Positions 56,705 to 64,000 of a DNA stretch of 64,000 nt are shown one piece after another (positions within the stretch are counted from its first letter, which is position 1; the number at the start of each line of letters is the position of its first letter). The DNA comes from an uncultured bacterium (GTDB lineage: Bacteria; Krumholzibacteriota; Krumholzibacteriia; LZORAL124-64-63). Under the pieces are notes generated by a model. The model saw only the letters and a list, made by a program, of their open reading frames with translations, was not told where the DNA came from and did no database searches. Location of the stretch: NCBI GenBank assembly GCA_963727525.1, contig CAVSGO010000003.1, positions 256,001 through 320,000 of the forward strand. Direction: 5' to 3'. Both the position numbers and the translations under genes were made by a program.

Positions 56705-58624
56705 ATGCGTCGCGTATTCACGGGACTGCTGATCGGGCTGCTGGTGGGGCTGGGGTTGATGACTCTGGTCATGGGTGCCGGCCGTGGCGGCAACCGCCAG
56801 CGAGTGGAAGAACAGACGTGCGTGGTCACGGCGGCTGCCGCCACGCAGCAATTCACCTCGGCCTCGTCGGATAGCGCGGTCGACCTCCAGGCGATCGCCG
56901 AGCGTCTCGTGCACGCGGTGCCCGGACTCGTCTCCCTGCGCGTCGTCGACATCGACCAGCGCCTGCTCGTGGCGTCGACGATCGCGAGCGACTCCGAAGG
57001 CAAGACCCTGCCTGCGCGCCTGACGCGCGATCAGAAGGACTGGTACGACCAGGCCCGCGAGCTGCGATCGAACTATCACAGCAATCGCAGCGAGGGCGCG
57101 GCGCGCAAGGACGAGGTGCTGGCGGCCGCAGGTAAGGGTGGCGATATCTGCATCGCCCTGCCGATCGTCTTCCAGGACGAGGTCGTGGGCGCCGTGTTCG
57201 CCACGGCGCTCCCGATGGCCGACGTGGGTAACGATCGGGCGCGCAATGTGCTCTGGCTCGTCCTCGTCGTCGCAGCTCTGTTCGTGTTCCTGGTGGTGGG
57301 TGCGCGGCTGCCCGGACGGGCGGCGCGACTCGTGCTCGCCCTGGCGCTGCTCGTGGGGGCGTTGTGGCTCTATGGCTCCTTCGGACTGAGCGCACTGGCG
57401 GGCGATCGCGTCGCAGCCGAGACGGCCATGCGCGACCATGCGCTGTCGGTGCGTGACAGCCTACGCGAAATGCCCGGCACGTCCGGCGCGATGCTCGACC
57501 CCACGACCTGGGATCTCGATCGCTTCGGCCAGGCGCGTGGCGTGTTCGACCGCAGCGGCACCGTCGATGCCGCGACGGTAGCCGATGCCTATGCGCCGGC
57601 GCTGGGCCGCTTCCGACAGTCTTTCGTGGCGCTGGGCGTGATCGCCATCCTCCTGGGCGCATGGATCGCGCTGGGCTGGGCGCAGCGTACCGGCAGCGCG
57701 CTCGTGAAACACAACATGGCCTACGCGTTCGTGGCGCCGGCCATGGTGGGCATGGTGCTGCTGGTCTTCTTCCCGTTCCTCTACGGCATCGCGCTCTCGT
57801 TCACCAACCAGACGCTCTACAGCGTCAATCAGCCGCTGTACGAGGTGTGGACCGGCCTGCAGAATTACATCAGCATCCTGAGCGACTTCCATATCAAGAC
57901 GACCACCGCGGCCGGTACCTCGATCAACTACCAGAACTTCTACTGGACCCTCGGTTTCACAGTGCTGTGGACGGTGAGCAACGTGACCATCGGCGTGACG
58001 GTGGGGTTGATCCTGGCACTGATCCTCAATACGAAAGGGCTGTGGGCACGGCCCGTCTATCGCGTGATCCTGATCCTGCCCTGGGCGGTCCCCAACTACA
58101 TCACGGCCCTCATCTGGCGTGGCATGTTCCACCGGCAGTTCGGCGTGATCAACCAGGTGATCCAGATCTTCGGGGGTCAGCCTGTCTCGTGGTTCGATCA
58201 CTGGTACACGTCGTTCGCGGCGGTGCTCACCACCAATGCCTGGCTGAGTTTCCCGTTCATGATGGTGATCGCGCTCGGTGCGCTGCAATCGATCGCGGCC
58301 GACCTCTACGAGGCCGCGCGTGTCGACGGCGCCGGCCGCTGGCAACAGTTCCGCTACATCACGCTCCCCTCGCTGAAGCCGGCGCTGGTGCCGGCGGTGA
58401 TCCTGTCGGTGATCTGGACCTTCAACATGTTCAACATCATCTTCCTCGTGTCGGCCGGTCAGCCGGCGGGCGCCACGGAGATCCTCATCACCGACGCCTA
58501 CAAGATCGCCTTCGAACAGTATCGCTACGGCTACGCGGCCGCGTACTCCACGATCATCTTCCTGATCCTGCTTGCCTACGGTGTCTGGCAGAACCGGGTC
58601 ACGCGGGCGACGGAGGGCATATGA
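56705..58624 (+). CDS. malF: Maltodextrin ABC permease (MalF-like) with long N-terminal extension
   Basis: ILPWAVP, LYEAARVDGA EAA motif, WTFNMFN. Confidence 0.88.
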   Translation: MRRVFTGLLIGLLVGLGLMTLVMGAGRGGNRQRVEEQTCVVTAAAATQQFTSASSDSAVDLQAIAERLVHAVPGLVSLRVVDIDQRLLVASTIASDSEGKTLPARLTRDQKDWYDQARELRSNYHSNRSEGAARKDEVLAAAGKGGDICIALPIVFQDEVVGAVFATALPMADVGNDRARNVLWLVLVVAALFVFLVVGARLPGRAARLVLALALLVGALWLYGSFGLSALAGDRVAAETAMRDHALSVRDSLREMPGTSGAMLDPTTWDLDRFGQARGVFDRSGTVDAATVADAYAPALGRFRQSFVALGVIAILLGAWIALGWAQRTGSALVKHNMAYAFVAPAMVGMVLLVFFPFLYGIALSFTNQTLYSVNQPLYEVWTGLQNYISILSDFHIKTTTAAGTSINYQNFYWTLGFTVLWTVSNVTIGVTVGLILALILNTKGLWARPVYRVILILPWAVPNYITALIWRGMFHRQFGVINQVIQIFGGQPVSWFDHWYTSFAAVLTTNAWLSFPFMMVIALGALQSIAADLYEAARVDGAGRWQQFRYITLPSLKPALVPAVILSVIWTFNMFNIIFLVSAGQPAGATEILITDAYKIAFEQYRYGYAAAYSTIIFLILLAYGVWQNRVTRATEGI

Positions 58625-58652
58625 TGGCGAAGCCCATGAGGACGGATCGGAC

Positions 58653-59540
58653 ATGAGCGAACTGTCGCGCACCGACGCGGTGAAACACGTCTGGCTGCAC
58701 CTCATCCTGATCATCATGGTGCTGGTGACGATCTATCCCATTCTGTGGGTGCTGACGGTCGCGTTCAGCGGCCAGCAGAACCTGGCGTTCATCAATCTGC
58801 CGGCCGACCCCACGGTCGTCGACCGCCTGCGCGCCGTGGTCCCGTGGCCCGAGCATGTGACGCTCTCGAACTTCGTGTCCGTATTCCGCGATCAGCCGTT
58901 CGGTCGCTGGCTGCTGAACAGCATGATGGTGTCGGTGGCCACCACCATCGTCGGCGTGTTTCTGGCCTGCACGGCGGCTTACGCCTTCAGCCGGTTCCGA
59001 TTTCCTGGTCGGCGCGCCGGCATGATGTCGTTCCTGATATCGCAGATGTTCCCCGGCACGCTCACGCTGGTACCCCTGTACATCATCGTCGTGCAGTGGT
59101 TGCACCTGGGCAGCAACTACATCGGGCTGGTCCTGCTCTATTCGACCACGGCCATACCTTTCTGCGTGTGGATGCTCAAGGGCTATTTCGACACGATCCC
59201 ACGGGAGCTGGAGGAGTCGGCCCTGATGGACGGAGCCTCGCCCGGGGTCATCTTCTGGCGCATCGTCCTGCCGCTTTCCAAGCCCGCGGTGGCGGTGACG
59301 GCCCTCTTCAGCTTCATGACGGCCTGGAACGAGTTCATCCTGGCCCTGACGATCATGGACAAGGAGTCCATGTACACCGCCCCCGTGGGCCTGCGGTTCT
59401 TCGTGGGTGGTTATGCCGAGCAGCAGTGGGGCTACTTCGCGGCCGGATCGATCGTGGCTGCGCTGCCCGTGGTGCTGCTCTTCCTGGTGTTACAACGATA
59501 TCTGATCTCCGGCCTGACCGCGGGTGCGGTCAAGGGCTGA
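58653..59540 (+). CDS. malG: Maltodextrin ABC permease (MalG-like)
   Basis: AAYAFSRFRF, KGYFDTIPRELEESALMDGA, GLTAGAVKG. Confidence 0.92.
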   Translation: MSELSRTDAVKHVWLHLILIIMVLVTIYPILWVLTVAFSGQQNLAFINLPADPTVVDRLRAVVPWPEHVTLSNFVSVFRDQPFGRWLLNSMMVSVATTIVGVFLACTAAYAFSRFRFPGRRAGMMSFLISQMFPGTLTLVPLYIIVVQWLHLGSNYIGLVLLYSTTAIPFCVWMLKGYFDTIPRELEESALMDGASPGVIFWRIVLPLSKPAVAVTALFSFMTAWNEFILALTIMDKESMYTAPVGLRFFVGGYAEQQWGYFAAGSIVAALPVVLLFLVLQRYLISGLTAGAVKG

Positions 59541-59580
59541 GCGATGTGGTCCGAAAACCCGAACCCTGCGAGGTGATGAC

Positions 59581-60354
59581 ATGCGCTCATTGCGAATGAC
59601 GCTCCTGATGCCGGTGGCGCTTGCTCTGATGGCGGGCAGTGCGCTGGCCGAGAAGATCACGATCAAGGACGCGCTCGGCGACGACAACGGACCGGGCAAC
59701 TACGTGTATCCGACCGACGCCGTCTACATTCCCGGGTCCTTCGACATCAAGGACTTCGAGCTCGAGACCAAGGGCGACAAGGCCGAGATCTCCGTCACCG
59801 TGGCGGCCAAGCTCGATGATCCCTGGCGCATGGGCACCGGCTTCTCGGTGCAGATGGCATTCGTCTTCATCGACACCGGCGAGCCGGGAGGGTTCACCCA
59901 GGTGCCTCCTGGCCTGAACTTCGAGTTCGCCAAGGACACCCCCTGGAACACCTGCGTGATCCTGTCGCCGCAACCGTCCGCGCGGGTGCAGCAGGAAGTG
60001 AACGCCAAGGCGGGCGATATGGCATCGCACATCGTCATCCCCAAGCGCACGCGCGGCTCGGGCTCCACGATCACCGGCACGGTCGACCTGGCCTCACTGG
60101 GCAAGGGCGACCCCAAGACCTGGAAATACGAGTGCATCATGCAGTCGAACGAGGGCTTCCCGGCCGGTAACGATCTGCTGACGCGCAAGGTCAACGAGTA
60201 CGAGGGCCAGCACCGCTTCGGCGGCGGCACCGACTACGACTGCGACCCCAACGTCATGGATATTCTGGGTGACCAGAAGCAGCTCGCGGATTACGCTTGC
60301 AACGACGACGGTTCCACCAAGAAGCTGGCCGTGCTCACGATGGTCAAGCCGTAG
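59581..60354 (+). CDS. Exported glucodextranase-C/DOMON-like domain protein
   Basis: Signal peptide; D..GDDNGPGNYVYPT, GSFDI, DPW...GFS.Q...FID. Confidence 0.75.
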   Translation: MRSLRMTLLMPVALALMAGSALAEKITIKDALGDDNGPGNYVYPTDAVYIPGSFDIKDFELETKGDKAEISVTVAAKLDDPWRMGTGFSVQMAFVFIDTGEPGGFTQVPPGLNFEFAKDTPWNTCVILSPQPSARVQQEVNAKAGDMASHIVIPKRTRGSGSTITGTVDLASLGKGDPKTWKYECIMQSNEGFPAGNDLLTRKVNEYEGQHRFGGGTDYDCDPNVMDILGDQKQLADYACNDDGSTKKLAVLTMVKP

Positions 60355-60389
60355 GCTCTCGTCTTCTCGGCGATAAGGAGGTCCAGGAA

Positions 60390-62510
60390 ATGAGGCGAAC
60401 GTACGTCATGAGTCTGGCCTTGCTGCTCCTGCTCGGAGCGGTGGCGAGCAGTGCCTTCGCTGCCGACGGCCAGAAGCTGCAGTGGACGGGCACCAACTAC
60501 ACGAAGTGGCTCTGGGGTACCCAGCGCTACGACGGTTCCATGTACAATTTCACGACGATTCCTGGCGAGGGCTACGGCGACAACGGCCAGGCGACCGAGT
60601 TCGAGATGCTCATCCACAGCCGGCCGTCGAGCCAGGTCGAAGTGAACGGCCGCATCAAGAGCCGCTTCAACCAGAACGAGTGGACGAACTACGGCGGCTT
60701 CGGCGGCGATCCGACAGCCGAAGGTCCCAACGGCGGCGCCTGGGGCGGCAACCGTGGCGAGTTCGATCCGCGCAGCAACGAGTACATCAAGCTGCGTGGC
60801 CTGACCATCACCATCACGCCGGGATATAGCTGGATCAACCGCGCCACGATCGGCTCCAGCGACTTCGGAATGTTCGATCCCTTCACGATCGGCAAGATCC
60901 GTTACATCGACCGCGACAACGGCAAGGGCCTGATCTTCCAGGGCAGCTTCAACCAGGGCAAGTTCGCGTACGACCTGGCCCGGATCAGCCTGCCGCGGCT
61001 CTGGGCTGGATACAACTACAGCACGGGCGACTACACCGCTCAGGATGCGTGCTACGGCGCGCAGGCCCGGTTCGCGCCGATGCGCAACCTCAACGTCACG
61101 GCCATGTTCGACTACGTGAACGACATCGAGATCGACCCGGCCGACATGAACTCCGACAACGGCACGTCCGTGACGCCGCGCTCGCGCAACGCGGTGTACG
61201 GCATGAAGGCCCAGGGGCGGCCCGCGGGCTGGCTCGATGTCAGCGCTGCGGCCTACTACAGTTCCTTCAACACGGCCGACGCGTTCACGACGCCGTCCTA
61301 CGGCTTCGGCTCCTTCAGCTCCACGCTGGTGGGCGACCAGAGCGGCTGGGCCGGTTTCGCGAACGCCAACGTCAGTGATCCGCTGGACGTGGGCTTCAAC
61401 CTGAACCTGCAGTACTTCAACATCGGTGCCGAGTACGAGTCGGTCATGGCCGCCCGGCGCGAGTCCGACGTGCTTTTGACCGAGGGCCACGACGGCTCCT
61501 TCGCGTATCCGGGCCCCAACAACGCCAAGTACGGCGTGTTCGGGGGCAACGATTCGGTGATCGGCTACGGCGGCTGGCTGGGTCACGACCAGCAGGTGGC
61601 CACGATCAACGTCGACAACGAGTTCACCGACTTCGACGAGCCGGTGGCAGAGACCTGCATCGGCTGGAAGGGTGTCACGGCGCAGCCGGAGTACACGCTC
61701 GCCGGTATCGATCTGACGGGCGAGGTCAGCTACATCGACTACAACACGAACTGGCAGAACTGGGGCATGGGCATGGGGCAAGACCCCTTTGGCGGCACGC
61801 CGTACCCCACCAACGAACCAGGCGCGGGCTTCGGTTCGTTCCGCAACGCGTACAACCCGTTCCAGGATCGTACGACGTACATCTACGTCCTGAAGGCGAA
61901 CTACTTCCTGGACGTGGCGAGCGGCGTCGACCTGCACGCAAAGTTCAAGTACATCGACGACGAGGACCTGCGGATCAACGATCCGGCATACCTCCCCTTC
62001 GATCCGGACGGTACCGAGAACAACGCGTTCACGGCGGCGTACTTCCGCAACCCGGTTCCGGCGAACGGCGAGGATCCCAACCAGTGGAAGCAGTTCGACA
62101 GCCTCACCGACGACGACAAGAAGATGGCCTATCGCCTCGTCAGCGTCGGCGCAGGCTATCAGCTCACGAGCGAGTTGCACCTCGACGCCACCTGGGAGCA
62201 CTTCAATATCGACATGGTCGATGGCACCACGGCATTTCAGGCGTACAACCTGCACGAGATGACCGGTGGCAAGCACGTCAAGAACAACCTCATCGGCCGC
62301 GCGAGCTACATCGTCGGCGGCACGGAGTTCGGCGGCACGTTCGAGTACAGTTTCGGACGCTTCTCGCCGAATTTCGGATCGGGCTATACGGTTCAGTACG
62401 ACGATAACGGTGATCCGGGCTTCGCCGGCCGCTACGGCGGCTGGAACAGCCTGAACCAGCGCGACTTCGCCCAGGTGCGCCTGAAGGCGTACATGAAGCT
62501 GAACTTCTAG
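60390..62510 (+). CDS. Putative outer-membrane beta-barrel protein
   Basis: Signal peptide; Gly/Asn/Tyr/Asp-rich amphipathic strands; terminal AYMKLNF with C-terminal Phe. Confidence 0.7.
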   Translation: MRRTYVMSLALLLLLGAVASSAFAADGQKLQWTGTNYTKWLWGTQRYDGSMYNFTTIPGEGYGDNGQATEFEMLIHSRPSSQVEVNGRIKSRFNQNEWTNYGGFGGDPTAEGPNGGAWGGNRGEFDPRSNEYIKLRGLTITITPGYSWINRATIGSSDFGMFDPFTIGKIRYIDRDNGKGLIFQGSFNQGKFAYDLARISLPRLWAGYNYSTGDYTAQDACYGAQARFAPMRNLNVTAMFDYVNDIEIDPADMNSDNGTSVTPRSRNAVYGMKAQGRPAGWLDVSAAAYYSSFNTADAFTTPSYGFGSFSSTLVGDQSGWAGFANANVSDPLDVGFNLNLQYFNIGAEYESVMAARRESDVLLTEGHDGSFAYPGPNNAKYGVFGGNDSVIGYGGWLGHDQQVATINVDNEFTDFDEPVAETCIGWKGVTAQPEYTLAGIDLTGEVSYIDYNTNWQNWGMGMGQDPFGGTPYPTNEPGAGFGSFRNAYNPFQDRTTYIYVLKANYFLDVASGVDLHAKFKYIDDEDLRINDPAYLPFDPDGTENNAFTAAYFRNPVPANGEDPNQWKQFDSLTDDDKKMAYRLVSVGAGYQLTSELHLDATWEHFNIDMVDGTTAFQAYNLHEMTGGKHVKNNLIGRASYIVGGTEFGGTFEYSFGRFSPNFGSGYTVQYDDNGDPGFAGRYGGWNSLNQRDFAQVRLKAYMKLNF

Positions 62511-62532
62511 CCGGCGGCTCGCTGCCCACACG

Positions 62533-62562
62533 GGACCCCGGGGCACGTCGTCCCCGGGGTCC
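62533..62562 (+). terminator. Hairpin after the barrel gene (terminator or mRNA stabiliser)
   Basis: GGACCCCGGGG-N8-CCCCGGGGTCC. Confidence 0.55.
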
Positions 62563-62583
62563 GTTGCTTGTGAAGGAGACACC

Positions 62584-64000
62584 ATGTTCCGTCCTCGCAC
62601 GTTCGTTTTCGCCCTCGTCCTCGTGTGGGCTTGCAGTGTCCAGGCCGCCAAGCCGGTCTTCACGCTCACGGATCCGACCGGCGACGACAACGGCGATGGC
62701 CACCTGCTCTACCCTTCGCAGGGATTTCACAAGGGCGATCTCGACCTGGTCGGGTTCTCGGTCACCAACGGCAAGGACGACGCGACGTTCACCGTCGAAT
62801 TCGCCGACAAGATCAAGCAGCCGCAGCGGGGTGCGGCCGACGAGCTGGGCACCGATTTCACCCGGATCGCGCGCCACGGCTTCTACCAGTTCAACGTCGA
62901 CATCTACATCGACACCGATCGCAAGCCCGGCTCCGGCTTCACGCGCATGCTGCCGGGGCGCCTGGCCGTGATCGCGCCCGACGCCGCCTGGGACGTCTGT
63001 GTGGCGGCCGTGCCGCGTCCCGACGTCACACAGCGGCAGCTCGCCAGCATCATGGCTGACGAGGTGGAGGCGGCGCAGTCGGCGGGCACCGACGCGCGCG
63101 TTGCCGATACCGCGCGCCGCACGGCCCTCACCCTGCAGCGGCAGGTCTTCTTTCCCGACCGTTTCCGCGTGAAGGGTCGCACGCTGCGCTTCACGGTCCC
63201 GCAGTCATTTCTCGGGGGACCGGCGCAGGCCACGTGGTCGTATGTCGTCGTCGTCACCGGCGCCGACCTCGTCAACTCCACGGATCTGAGCGCCGCGGCC
63301 GGGCTTTCACAAGCCACGCGGGACAATCTGGGGGTGCTTCCCATCTCGCCCGGCGAGTGGACCGATCGCTTCGGCGGTGGTCGCACCGGTGAACCGCTGC
63401 AGCCCCCGATCGTCGACCTGATCACGCCGCCCGGCGTGGAGCAGACCTGGGTGCTGAGCGACTTTGACAGCCGCGCCGAACGCCCTGCCGAGCTGCCCGG
63501 CGTGGTGCCGGCCGGCGGCGCTCCCGAGACGGCGGCGGGCCGCCAGACACCACGCTGGGACGATGCGCGCTGGCGCGGCCGTGTGTGCTACGAGATCTTC
63601 GTGCGCAGCTTCCAGGACAGCGACGGCGACGGGATCGGCGATTTCCAGGGCCTGATCAGCCGTCTCGACTACCTGAACGACGGCGACCCCGCCACCACGA
63701 ACGATCTGGGCGTGGAGGGTATCTGGCTCATGCCGGTCTTTGCCTCGCCGAGCTACCACGGCTACGACACCACCGACTACTACGCCCTCAATCCGCAGTA
63801 CGGCACGCCGGACGACTTTCAACGCCTCCTCGACGAATGCCACCGCCGCGGCATCGCCGTGGTGATCGACCTCATGATCAACCATACCAGCGACCAGCAT
63901 CCGTGGTTCGTGGAGTCGAGCCGCGGGCCCGACTCGCCTCTGCGCGACTGGTATGTCTGGCGCGACGACGACCCCGGCTGGACGCAGCCGTGGGGCTCGG
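62584..64000 (+). CDS. Exported DOMON-like plus GH13 alpha-amylase fusion, truncated by window end
   Basis: AAGGAG RBS, ATG 62584; [10 protein letters not shown] domain, then in frame [38 protein letters not shown]; absent from the ORF track because no stop falls in the window. Confidence 0.88.
   Translation, partial: MFRPRTFVFALVLVWACSVQAAKPVFTLTDPTGDDNGDGHLLYPSQGFHKGDLDLVGFSVTNGKDDATFTVEFADKIKQPQRGAADELGTDFTRIARHGFYQFNVDIYIDTDRKPGSGFTRMLPGRLAVIAPDAAWDVCVAAVPRPDVTQRQLASIMADEVEAAQSAGTDARVADTARRTALTLQRQVFFPDRFRVKGRTLRFTVPQSFLGGPAQATWSYVVVVTGADLVNSTDLSAAAGLSQATRDNLGVLPISPGEWTDRFGGGRTGEPLQPPIVDLITPPGVEQTWVLSDFDSRAERPAELPGVVPAGGAPETAAGRQTPRWDDARWRGRVCYEIFVRSFQDSDGDGIGDFQGLISRLDYLNDGDPATTNDLGVEGIWLMPVFASPSYHGYDTTDYYALNPQYGTPDDFQRLLDECHRRGIAVVIDLMINHTSDQHPWFVESSRGPDSPLRDWYVWRDDDPGWTQPWGS

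Overview
High-GC bacterial window. Five secreted proteins end in an FlgD-Ig/T9SS-like domain and two end in a W-x-x-x-K-x-L-[FY] tail, which suggests an FCB-group candidate phylum such as Krumholzibacteriota, Latescibacterota or Eisenbacteria (inference). Contents in order: (1) a beta-1,3-glucan utilisation regulon (GH1, GH149-like phosphorylase, MFS/GPH transporter, GH17, two paralogous secreted proteins) marked by three copies of a 23-bp palindromic operator; (2) a TPR-CHAT protease / ECF sigma / anti-sigma cassette interrupting that regulon; (3) an apparently undescribed selenium/sulfur-relay operon at 21061-23861: promoter, a hidden 28-aa ORF with an in-frame UGA and SECIS-like hairpin, TusA-like, DsrE-like, TusA-OsmC-like fusion, and a MetE-like Zn enzyme with an in-frame UGA and SECIS-like hairpin; (4) prolyl oligopeptidase, a giant repeat surface protein, MarR-DoxX and a C25 protease; (5) a Sec-containing BCP peroxiredoxin followed by a candidate small RNA; (6) a maltodextrin locus (GH13, MalKEFG, DOMON-like proteins, putative non-LamB outer-membrane barrel). 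Two single-base frameshifts are probably sequencing errors. No rRNA, tRNA, CRISPR array or IS element was recognised. All family calls come from motif recognition, not from database searches.
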